Shown here: one piece after another, positions 18,449 through 30,380 of the stretch | How positions within the stretch are numbered: the stretch's first letter is position 1 | Layout: each line of letters begins with the position of its first letter | NCBI GenBank assembly: GCA_913776615.1 | Contig: CAJYPK010000053.1 | Span: forward strand, 9,778-73,777 | DNA: 64,000 bases | Source: an uncultured Hymenobacter sp. | GTDB taxonomy: Bacteria > Bacteroidota > Bacteroidia > Cytophagales > Hymenobacteraceae | Direction: 5' to 3' | The notes under the pieces: generated by a model | The model's database searches: none | The model's input: the letters and a program-made list of their open reading frames with translations, nothing else | What the model was told of the DNA's origin: nothing | Made by a program: the position numbers and the translations under genes

Positions 18449-18481
18449 AGAGGTCGGGCCGGGAGGCCCGGCCTCTTTTTC
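18449..18481 (+). terminator. Plus-strand intrinsic terminator after the 39-aa ORF
   Basis: agaggtcgggcc-ggga-ggcccggcctct followed by ttttc. The U-tract is on the + strand only. Confidence 0.8.
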
Positions 18482-18540
18482 GTAGCGCAAATATAACGCG
18501 CTGGTCAGCAGTTTGGTTATGGGTTGCGCGCAGGAAAATC

Positions 18541-20145
18541 TTACAGCTCCTTGCGCAGCCGGGCCACCGGAATGTTGAGTTGCTCGCGGTACTTGGCCAC
18601 CGTGCGGCGGGCGATGTTGTAGCCGCGGGCATTGAGCATCTTTTCCAGCTTGTCGTCGCTCAGCGGGTGGTCCTTTTTCTCGTTGCCGATGAGGTCGCGC
18701 AGAATGCTTTTCACCTCGCGGCTGCTGGCATCCTCGCCCGAATCGGTGGCAATACCTTCGGAGAAGAAAAACTTGAGCGGGTAGATGCCGTGCTCGGTCT
18801 GGATGCTCTTGGAGTTAGCCACCCGGCTCACCGTGCTGATATCCATGCCAATGGCCTGGGCGATATCCTTGAGAATCATGGGCCGCAGCTTCGAGTCGTC
18901 GCCGGTGAGGAAGAATTCCCGCTGGCGCTCCACGATGGCCGACATGGTGCGCAGCAGCGTGTTTTGCCGCTGCCGGATGGCGTCGATAAACCACTTGGCC
19001 GAGTCAAGCTTCTGCTTCACGAAGCTCACGGCCTCCTTCATCTTCTGGTCTTTCTTGGCGGCCTTGTCGTAGGTCTGGAGCATCTCGCGGTAGTCGCGGC
19101 TCACGCGCAGCTCAGGGGCGTTGCGGGCGTTCAGGGTCAGGTTCAGCTCGCCGTTGTCGTTGGTGAGGATGAAGTCGGGCATGAGGTACTGCGCCCCGCC
19201 GGCGCTGCCCTTGCCGCCGCTCACCGGGCCGCTGCCGCCGGGCTTGGGGTTCAGCTTCAGAATAACGGCCACCGCTTCCTTCAGCTCGTCGTCCTCTAGG
19301 TCGAGCTTCTGCTGAATGCGCTGGTAGTGCTTCTTGGTAAATTCCTCGAACGTCTCGGTCAGAATGCGCTCGGCATTCTGGGTGGCCTCGTCCTGGGGGC
19401 GGCGCTCGAGTTGCAGCAGCAGGCACTCGGGCAGGTCGCGGGCGGCGATACCCGGCGGGTCGAACTGCTGAATGACGTGCAGCACCTGCTCAATCTCGGC
19501 CTCGCTCACCTCAATGTTCTGGCTGAAGGCCAGATCATTGGCAATGGCCGCCAAATCGCGCCGAATGTAGCCGTCGCCGTCAATCGAGCCGATAAGCTGC
19601 TCGCCGACGGCCTGCTGCCGCTCGTCGAGCTGGGCAAAGTGCAGCTGGTCGAGGAGCGAGTCTTGCAGCGAGCCGCTGGTGTCGGCCAGCGGCATGTCGC
19701 GCTCCTCTTCGTCGCCGGGGCCGTCGCCCTGCATTTTGTAGCCCGCAATCTCGTCGTCGTTGACGTACTCGCTGATGTCGATTTCGTGGTTGTCGTTGTC
19801 GATGCCCAGCGCCTCGGGCTCGGCCGGCTCGGGGCGCTCATCGGCGTACTCGTCGGGGCCGGCGCTGTCGTCGCTGGCCTCGGCGGGGCTAAAGTCCTCG
19901 TCCAGCGTGCTGTCGTCGCTGTCGAGCGAGTCGTTGGGGTCCTCGGCGTCGGGGGTGTCGTCGGCGCTGTCGTCGCGGTCGTCGGCCTCGTCGCTGTCGC
20001 CTTCTTCCAGGGCCGGGTTCACCTCCATCTCCTCCTTGATGCGCGTTTCGAGCTCGGCCGTCGGGATTTGCAGCAGCTTGATGAACTGAATCTGCTGGGG
20101 AGAAAGGCGCTGCGAAAGAAGCTGTTTTAAATCAAGGCGTTGCAT
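18541..20145 (-). CDS. rpoN: RNA polymerase sigma-54 factor
   Basis: Region I LSQRLSPQQIQFIKLLQIP, acidic region II, HTH DISTVSR, RpoN box ARRTVAKYRE. Confidence 0.98.
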   Translation of the reverse strand: MQRLDLKQLLSQRLSPQQIQFIKLLQIPTAELETRIKEEMEVNPALEEGDSDEADDRDDSADDTPDAEDPNDSLDSDDSTLDEDFSPAEASDDSAGPDEYADERPEPAEPEALGIDNDNHEIDISEYVNDDEIAGYKMQGDGPGDEEERDMPLADTSGSLQDSLLDQLHFAQLDERQQAVGEQLIGSIDGDGYIRRDLAAIANDLAFSQNIEVSEAEIEQVLHVIQQFDPPGIAARDLPECLLLQLERRPQDEATQNAERILTETFEEFTKKHYQRIQQKLDLEDDELKEAVAVILKLNPKPGGSGPVSGGKGSAGGAQYLMPDFILTNDNGELNLTLNARNAPELRVSRDYREMLQTYDKAAKKDQKMKEAVSFVKQKLDSAKWFIDAIRQRQNTLLRTMSAIVERQREFFLTGDDSKLRPMILKDIAQAIGMDISTVSRVANSKSIQTEHGIYPLKFFFSEGIATDSGEDASSREVKSILRDLIGNEKKDHPLSDDKLEKMLNARGYNIARRTVAKYREQLNIPVARLRKEL

Positions 20146-20314
20146 AGGAGAGGACGAGATAAAGCGCGAGGTCGGGCGGCCAGCCAGGAAAACAATACGC
20201 AGCCAGCGCGGCGGCGGACGTAGCCTGATACTGGCAATTTCCGGCTGGGGTTAGTCGGGGCTAGCCCGGTAAGGGCTTTACCTTTACGCATTCAACTGCT
20301 TTTGCCCATTGCCT

Positions 20315-21718
<1,404 letters not shown>

Positions 21719-21738
21719 TATCATTCAACCTTACCTCA

Positions 21739-21782
21739 AACAGCCAGAGCTGCCCAGCGCAACGTGGGAAGCTCTGGCTGTT
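21739..21782. terminator. Hairpin after asnS
   Basis: aacagccagagct / agctctggctgtt perfect 13-bp arms. Confidence 0.7.
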
Positions 21783-21803
21783 CACTTTTAGAAGCAGTGT
21801 AAG

Positions 21804-21992
21804 TTAGGTAAGTTGTCGGCTTACGCTAACGGCAGCTTCCATTTTATCCGCTTCGGGGTCGTTAGTCCAAGCACCGACAAATGATAGTAGCGGCGCGAGG
21901 GTAGGCGGTGTAGCGCTGCTTTTCAGCGACTGCGCGAGGCGCGCGATAATTTCTAACCTATCATTAGCGCTGAGCCCGAGCAATTGAGGCAT
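21804..21992 (-). CDS. Small hypothetical protein, antitoxin-like, possibly a remnant
   Basis: MPQLLGLSANDRLEIIARLAQSLK...SFVGAWTNDPEADKMEAAV. Somewhat lower GC than its neighbours. Start uncertain. Confidence 0.4.
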   Translation of the reverse strand: MPQLLGLSANDRLEIIARLAQSLKSSATPPTLAPLLSFVGAWTNDPEADKMEAAVSVSRQLT

Positions 21993-22154
21993 TAATTCTT
22001 CCAGCGCTGGAGCGAATACGCTATCGGTAACGGGGTTGATGCTAACAAGATACGAGTTTGGTAGCTGACACGGCCAACGTGCGCTGGGGTTCGCGCCAGA
22101 GTTAACCCTTGGCCTCCGCGTTACGTTGCTGACGGTATAACCTCCGCCGTACCG

Positions 22155-23789
22155 ATGCTCCCCGAAATCGACCTCATCGACGCCGCCAGCCTGCCCGAAG
22201 GCGCGCTCAGAACTTTTCCGACTCCCAACGACGGCCCCAAGGTGCTGCTGACCCGGCAGCAGGGCCGGGTACACGCCTTCGCCCCCAACTGTCCGCACTA
22301 CGGCGCGCCGTTGGAGAAGGGTAAGGTAGTGAATGGCAAACTTGTATGCCCCTGGCACCACGCCTGCTTTAAGGTTGAAAACGGCCACCTCTGCGCGCCG
22401 CCCGCCCTCGACGACCTGCCCGCCTACGCCGTGCGCGAGGCCGACGGGCGCATCCTGGTGCAAGTGCCCGAGAACCCACCCGCCAGCACCGACAAGCCCG
22501 AGGCCACGCCCACGGCGGAGGTCGGCGGTACGCCCCCGCCGCCCGTTGCCCCGCCCGCCGATACGCGCACTTTCGTCATCGTGGGCGGCGGGGCTGCCGG
22601 TGAGTTTGCGGCCCAAACCCTGCGCCGCGAGGGCTTCGCAGGGCGCGTGGTGCTGGTATCGGCCGAGGATAAGCTGCCGTATGACCGCACCAAGCTCAGC
22701 AAGGCCTACCTAGCTGGCAAAGCCAAGCCCGAAGCGCTCCCACTGCGCGAGCGCGATTTTTACACCCAGCAAAAGATTGAGCTGCTGACGGCGACCCGCG
22801 TCACTGGCGTCGATACCGCCAAGCGGGAAATCCAGCTTGAAGGCCAGCCGCCGCTGCCCTACGACCAGCTGCTGCTGGCTCCCGGCGGCATCCCCAACCT
22901 ACTGCCCAAGCTGCCCGGTCACGACCTGGCCGGCGTGCTGCCCCTGCGTACTCAGGCCGATGCCGATGCGCTGCTCGCCGCGACCAAAGATGCGCAGCGG
23001 GTGGTCGTTATCGGTAGTAGCTTTATTGGGATGGAGGCGGCCAGCAGCCTCGTGGCGGAGGGCCGGCAGGTGACGGTTATCGCTCAAGAAAAAGTGCCCT
23101 TTGCGCGGGTGCTGGGACCGGAAATCGGAGCCATGTTCCAGAAGCTCCACGAAGAGAAGGGGGTAAAGTTTGAAACCGAGGCCGAGGTAACGGCCCTGGT
23201 GGGGGAGGGCGGCCACGTGACTGGCGTACAGCTTAAAACGGGCCAGACTTTGCCCGCGCAGGCCGTGGTGCTGGGCGTAGGCGTGCGCCCGGCCACCGAG
23301 TTTTTGCGGGCGGCTTTCTCCCTGGAAAAAGACGGCGGGCTGGCCGTAAACGAGTTTTTGCAGGCTACCGACAACGTGTATGCGGCCGGCGACATCGTCC
23401 GCTTTCCGCTGGCAGTGACTGGCCAGCCTACGCGCATCGAGCACTGGCGCGTGGCCCAGCAGCACGGCCAGGCGGCGGCCCGCAATATGCTGGGCCAGCG
23501 CGAGAAATTTACCGCCGTCCCCTTCTTCTGGACGCAGCAGTACGGCAAAAGCCTGCGCTACGCCGGCCACGCCGAGCATTGGGACGAGATTATCTACCAG
23601 GGCGATGTAGCCAAGCAAGACTTCCTGGCCTTCTACGTCCTCGACAACCGGATCATCGCCGCTGCTGGCATGAATCACGATGTCGAGATGATTTACATTA
23701 CCGAACTACTGGAGCAGGACCGGCTGCCCGCCCCCGCCGCCGTGCGCGCCGGGGCAGATTGGGCTCAACTGGCGCAGTCTGCGAGCTAG
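22155..23789 (+). CDS. Rieske [2Fe-2S] / FAD-dependent pyridine nucleotide oxidoreductase fusion (AIFM3-like)
   Basis: CPHYGAPL...CPWHHACF Rieske ligands. GGGAAG and GSSFIGMEAA dinucleotide-binding motifs, AAGD, RIEHWRVA, VPFFWT. Confidence 0.93.
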   Translation: MLPEIDLIDAASLPEGALRTFPTPNDGPKVLLTRQQGRVHAFAPNCPHYGAPLEKGKVVNGKLVCPWHHACFKVENGHLCAPPALDDLPAYAVREADGRILVQVPENPPASTDKPEATPTAEVGGTPPPPVAPPADTRTFVIVGGGAAGEFAAQTLRREGFAGRVVLVSAEDKLPYDRTKLSKAYLAGKAKPEALPLRERDFYTQQKIELLTATRVTGVDTAKREIQLEGQPPLPYDQLLLAPGGIPNLLPKLPGHDLAGVLPLRTQADADALLAATKDAQRVVVIGSSFIGMEAASSLVAEGRQVTVIAQEKVPFARVLGPEIGAMFQKLHEEKGVKFETEAEVTALVGEGGHVTGVQLKTGQTLPAQAVVLGVGVRPATEFLRAAFSLEKDGGLAVNEFLQATDNVYAAGDIVRFPLAVTGQPTRIEHWRVAQQHGQAAARNMLGQREKFTAVPFFWTQQYGKSLRYAGHAEHWDEIIYQGDVAKQDFLAFYVLDNRIIAAAGMNHDVEMIYITELLEQDRLPAPAAVRAGADWAQLAQSAS

Positions 23790-23815
23790 GATCTAGCGTC
23801 CGGCAACGATTAAGC

Positions 23816-23856
23816 GCACAAAAAAGGCTGCCCATTACGGGCAGCCTTTTTTGTGC
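23816..23856. terminator. Bidirectional terminator
   Basis: gcacaaaaaaggctgccc / gggcagccttttttgtgc perfect 18-bp arms. Confidence 0.92.
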
Positions 23857-23870
23857 AGTAAAACAGACCG

Positions 23871-24653
23871 CTAGCGTCGGCCTCGCCCGCCCCCTGAGTA
23901 ACCACCGTTGCCAAAGCCTCCCGGGCCGGGGCCGCCCGGTGCGGGTTGGCCCGGCTGACCGCCTCCGAAGTCGCGCCGCCCGGGGCCATTCGGGGCACCC
24001 GGTCCTGAACCTGGTTGAGTAGGGCGTCCACCGCCCCAACCACCCTGACCGGGGCCGCCCGGGGTCGGCGGACCGGGGCTCGGGCTCGGCTCGGGGCGCC
24101 AGTCGCCCCGCCCGGGGCCGCCCCGGCCGGGCGCGGGTGGGTTATCGTAGCGGTCGGGTCCACCGGGGCGGCCGCCCCAGCCGGGGCGATTGTTATAACC
24201 GTAGTTGCCCCGGTTATAGCCGTGGTCGTAGCCGTACACGCGGCCCGCGCCGTAGTCGTGACCGTAGTAGCGGCCCCCGCCGCCCCAGCCCCCGCGGTGG
24301 TAGACAGTCACGTACTGCGGGTAGCGCTGGCGGTAAGTATTGATGTACAGCCAAGGCTGCGCACCTACGTAGCTCACCGGCAGGGGGTGGAAATAATAGG
24401 GGTCGTAGCCGTCGAGGTAAGACATGGGCACCCATTGGTAGCCATCAAACACGATGTAGACCCCGTTGTAGATATCGTAGTAGCCGTCGATTTCCGGGAT
24501 GTAGTAGTACTGCGTGCCCTGCGGCACGGGCGGCCCCCAGGCGGGCGGGCCGATGTTAACCCCTACGCTCACCTGCGCTTGGGCGGCAGTGGGGGTGGCG
24601 AGCGCCAGGCCAAGGCCAAGCGCGAAGGCAAGAAAAGGAAGGCGGGGTTGCAT
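23871..24653 (-). CDS. Secreted protein with a Tyr-rich domain and a Gly/Pro/Arg-rich low-complexity tail
   Basis: Signal peptide ending AQAQ, VSVGVNIGPPAWG...YYYIPEIDGYYD domain, RGG/PGG tail. Confidence 0.8.
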   Translation of the reverse strand: MQPRLPFLAFALGLGLALATPTAAQAQVSVGVNIGPPAWGPPVPQGTQYYYIPEIDGYYDIYNGVYIVFDGYQWVPMSYLDGYDPYYFHPLPVSYVGAQPWLYINTYRQRYPQYVTVYHRGGWGGGGRYYGHDYGAGRVYGYDHGYNRGNYGYNNRPGWGGRPGGPDRYDNPPAPGRGGPGRGDWRPEPSPSPGPPTPGGPGQGGWGGGRPTQPGSGPGAPNGPGRRDFGGGQPGQPAPGGPGPGGFGNGGYSGGGRGRR

Positions 24654-24691
24654 GGTTGCGGAGAAGCAAAAGGAATTACGCTTTGGCTAAC

Positions 24692-24708
24692 TGCAAGTAA
24701 GATGCCGG
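24692..24708 (-). promoter_or_regulatory. Sigma-54 (-24/-12) promoter of the 24653 gene
   Basis: Minus strand reads CCGGCA-TCTTAC-TTGCA: GG and TTGC at canonical spacing, 38 nt upstream of the ATG. Confidence 0.7.
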
Positions 24709-24827
24709 ATTTTAGCCCTGCTGCCTAGCCAAGGGAGTTGGGGCTATTTTTTACTTGCCAACGGCGCGGGGCAGTCGGGTTGCTAAGTAAAAAAGCGCCT
24801 TGACGGGCGCTTTTAATTACGAGTAGC

Positions 24828-25247
24828 TTAGTGGGGGCCGTGGCCGTGCCCGTGGCCGTGCTTGGGGCCGGGGCCGCCCGGACCGGGACCGTAGAGCTTT
24901 TTGGCCTGGCCGGGGGGCATGCCGTGGGGGTGGCCCTTGCCCTTCCAGAGCCAGGGCGAGTCGCCACGGTAGGCGATGTACTGCGGGTGGAAGTTGCGCG
25001 GGTCGTAGCCATCAAGGCGCTCGTAGCTCACCCACTGGCCATTGCGCTGCACGATGTAGCGGCGGGCCGGCACGTCGTAGTAGGCATTGGCCTCCGGGAT
25101 GTAATAGTATTGGGCATCGGCCGGGGCGCCGACTACCACGGGCGGGGCCGTGTTGATATTGACGTTGATTTGGGCCTGGGCCGGGGCGGCGGCCAGGGCC
25201 AGCCCGGCGAAAGCGGCGAGGGCGGCGGTTTTTTGGAGGAAGTTCAT
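24828..25247 (-). CDS. Secreted paralog of the 24653 protein with an HPHGMPPGQAKK / His-Gly tail
   Basis: Signal peptide ending AQAQ. QYYYIPEANAYYD...LDGYDPRNFHP aligns with QYYYIPEIDGYYD...LDGYDPYYFHP. Confidence 0.85.
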   Translation of the reverse strand: MNFLQKTAALAAFAGLALAAAPAQAQINVNINTAPPVVVGAPADAQYYYIPEANAYYDVPARRYIVQRNGQWVSYERLDGYDPRNFHPQYIAYRGDSPWLWKGKGHPHGMPPGQAKKLYGPGPGGPGPKHGHGHGHGPH

Positions 25248-25280
25248 GCGGAAAGAGCAGGGGGTGAGGCTTGCTCCGTG

Positions 25281-25296
25281 GCAAGGACAGTGCCAA
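25281..25296 (-). promoter_or_regulatory. Sigma-54 (-24/-12) promoter of the 25247 gene
   Basis: Minus strand reads TTGGCAC-TGTCC-TTGC, a full consensus match, 33 nt upstream of the ATG. Confidence 0.85.
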
Positions 25297-25331
25297 GCGT
25301 CACCGGAGCAGAGCAGCTTATACGGAGCCCC

Positions 25332-25736
25332 TTAGCTTTTGGCTTTGCGCAGTAGATACCGGGTAAGGGTAGCCGTTGGCTGTAGCCCTGGCGGCTCGGC
25401 CCCGATCTCGGTTGCCTGCACGTTGATCAGCTCCCAGCCGGCGGCGGACAGCTCGCCCAGGGTGGTGTTAAGTAGGGCAGTATTGCGCTGCAAATTGGCC
25501 CGGTAGCGGTCGGAAGCGAGATTATACTCCTCGTCCAGCTTTACTTCAGCCTTACCCTGGAAGGCGGGCGTGAGGAGCATGTAGCAATCGTTTTTGTAGG
25601 GCGATTTCACAAGTGAAATCGTCATAAACTCGTACGTGACGGGTTGGCTGACCTGGGCCATCGCGTTCAGCGAGAAGACCAAAAGCAACAGTGCCCCGAG
25701 GCAGCAACTGCGCAAAAAATACGTGATGCGTTGCAT
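25332..25736 (-). CDS. Hypothetical secreted protein
   Basis: MQRITYFLRSCCLGALLLLVFSLNAMAQ signal peptide. C-terminal LGELSAAGWELINV...TRYLLRK resembles small DUF4177-like folds (recognised by eye only). Confidence 0.7.
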   Translation of the reverse strand: MQRITYFLRSCCLGALLLLVFSLNAMAQVSQPVTYEFMTISLVKSPYKNDCYMLLTPAFQGKAEVKLDEEYNLASDRYRANLQRNTALLNTTLGELSAAGWELINVQATEIGAEPPGLQPTATLTRYLLRKAKS

Positions 25737-25845
25737 AGGAGTTAAGGGGAGAATGAATGGCTGGCCAGTATTGGCTACTGATAAACCTACCGGCACTAAT
25801 CGGGCCACGGGTATGTTGCGCACTATCGGCCTGGCTGCTGGCGAA

Positions 25846-25893
25846 TAAAAACGACGTTTTTACCACCCCCGCCGGGCCATTCCCGTACCTTTG
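25846..25893 (+). promoter_or_regulatory. uvrA promoter: 17-bp perfect palindrome plus -7 element
   Basis: TAAAAACG-A-CGTTTTTA at 25846-25862 and TACCTTTG at 25886-25893. Confidence 0.65.
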
Positions 25894-25916
25894 CTCGTTC
25901 CTCCGAATTTGCCCGC

Positions 25917-29018
<3,102 letters not shown>

Positions 29019-29024
29019 TCGAAG

Positions 29025-29050
29025 AAAGGTGGGCTGAATAGCCCGCCTTT
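29025..29050. terminator. Terminator between uvrA and the convergent Abi gene
   Basis: aaaggtgggct-gaat-agcccgccttt. Confidence 0.75.
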
Positions 29051-29052
29051 CC

Positions 29053-29790
29053 TTATGTCGCTTGTGGGTACCTCCTACCGATAGTGCGTAGCGTATCGGG
29101 CACCCGGTCGGCCTCAGTTAGCCAAATAGGTAGCGCAGGGTCTAGCCAGCCCAGCAATTCCAGAATGGTAGTGTGTAACTGCTGTAGCTGGCTGAAACAC
29201 AAAGCATTCTTAGAATGCTTTTGGAAGCATAGTGGCTCATAATGGTACACCCTGTTGCGGAAGGTTCGAATATCCTTCAGTTTGTTGTAAATCGTCTCAC
29301 GCTCAGTACCATAAGGTCGATGCGGGAAGGCACGAAGCAGACGTTTTTGTAGTAGACCAAAATAAGTGCGGCTGAAAAGAGTTGTCCAAAAACCGAAATT
29401 CAGGTCGGCGATTAAAACTGAACCGCTAGTCGGCGGATAATTCCAACGTTCTTCAAAGTCGCGGATAGCAGTTTCCACCATGCGTAATATTTTATCATTA
29501 GTAGTTGTTTTGCCTGTTCGATAATCTTTGTTTGTCAAGCGGTTGTCTATCATAAAGCCTCGCCGCTGTTCTAGGAGCCAGTTGACAGAATTAAAATGCT
29601 GTTCTAGAACTTCATGTAAGGCATTGCGAAGCGATACTTCTAAAAAAGATAGAGGGATGTAAAAGCTTTGTGCAAGTCGTAAGTTATCAAGGTATAACAG
29701 CAGCGCCTTTTGCTCGTCGCCACCCGACGCCCTTAAGTAAGGAATAAGCCGAGGAGTAGATAAAAATTTTTGGGCGTTTTGAAACAACAT
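29053..29790 (-). CDS. Abi_2 / AbiD-AbiF-like HEPN ribonuclease (abortive-infection family)
   Basis: LSTPRLIPY...LYLDNLRL...LEVSLRNA...LNFGFW...FRNRVYHYEP. Intact HEPN RxxxxH motif. About 40-42% GC in spot counts, well below the flanking genes. Confidence 0.85.
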   Translation of the reverse strand: MLFQNAQKFLSTPRLIPYLRASGGDEQKALLLYLDNLRLAQSFYIPLSFLEVSLRNALHEVLEQHFNSVNWLLEQRRGFMIDNRLTNKDYRTGKTTTNDKILRMVETAIRDFEERWNYPPTSGSVLIADLNFGFWTTLFSRTYFGLLQKRLLRAFPHRPYGTERETIYNKLKDIRTFRNRVYHYEPLCFQKHSKNALCFSQLQQLHTTILELLGWLDPALPIWLTEADRVPDTLRTIGRRYPQAT

Positions 29791-29814
29791 TTCTTTTTAG
29801 TTCGTTACTTTGCA

Positions 29815-29919
29815 GCGTAATATTCGGTCACTCAGCTGGGCAGCCTGCGAAGGTAAGTCCTTGAAATCGGATGAAAGAAACGAGCGGACATCCTTCACCG
29901 GGTGCCCGCTCTCTTTTTT
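29815..29919 (+). ncRNA. Candidate ~100-nt small RNA divergent from the Abi-like gene
   Basis: Near-consensus promoter TTACTTTG (29805-29812) upstream. Terminator-like gagcggacatcc-ttcacc-gggtgcccgctc-tctttttt (29882-29919). Expression is inferred, not shown. Confidence 0.45.
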
Positions 29920-29970
29920 GGTATGGGCAGTACCGTCATATCTCAGGGTATGCTCGAGTAGATAATGGCT

Positions 29971-30026
29971 GGCAAGGGCCACACCGGGCGGTTTTTGGCT
30001 GAGGAGCTGAAAACCAGTCAGTACGT
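29971..30026 (+). repeat. 56-bp direct repeat, right copy (orphan uvrA 3' end, continuing GTA TAG)
   Basis: Identical to 28959-29014. Its flanks still encode AGKGHTGRFLAEELKTSQYV* with synonymous differences (GCT/GCC, GTA/GTG, TAG/TAA). Confidence 0.98.
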
Positions 30027-30069
30027 ATAGTGTATTCGCCGTAATTTCGCTTCTCTAATTCCCCGTGCC

Positions 30070-30366
30070 ATGACTACCGCCCAGATTCTGTTTGAGCAGT
30101 ATAAAGTGTTGCCCAAGCGCATTCAGCAGCAATTCAAGAAGCTTATCGTGGAGGCTGACCGGCCGGCTGCTCGTCCGGCTACCCCAGCCACTGGCGACGA
30201 AGAGGACACGGATACCCACGTTAGTATTTCGTTGGAGGCGTTGCACAGTAGTATTGAGCAAGTAAAGCTGCTTAAAGCAGGTAAGCTGCAAACGCAGGAT
30301 GCTCGTACTATGCTGGCCGAAGTGCAGGCAGAGCTTGATGCCGAAGATGTTGCTAAAGGCAAGTAA
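30070..30366 (+). CDS. Putative type II antitoxin
   Basis: 98-aa acidic ORF directly upstream of a RelE-like gene. TAATTTCG promoter-like element at 30042-30049. GC lower than the host. Confidence 0.6.
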   Translation: MTTAQILFEQYKVLPKRIQQQFKKLIVEADRPAARPATPATGDEEDTDTHVSISLEALHSSIEQVKLLKAGKLQTQDARTMLAEVQAELDAEDVAKGK

Positions 30367-30380
30367 GTCAAGCAGGTAGC

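Noticed and set aside
18426-18632. 68-aa minus-strand ORF overlapping the rpoN 3' end
   Set aside because: It is an alternate frame of rpoN running through a terminator hairpin, with no independent support.
25740-25916. LexA (GGA-N5-TCC) box at uvrA
   Set aside because: The closest match, GGG-CCATT-CCC, deviates in both half-sites.
29797-29982. 61-aa minus-strand ORF upstream of the Abi-like gene as a protein antitoxin
   Set aside because: It begins inside the right direct repeat, has no recognisable fold, and overlaps promoter and terminator-like signals. A non-coding role fits better, but the ORF is not excluded.
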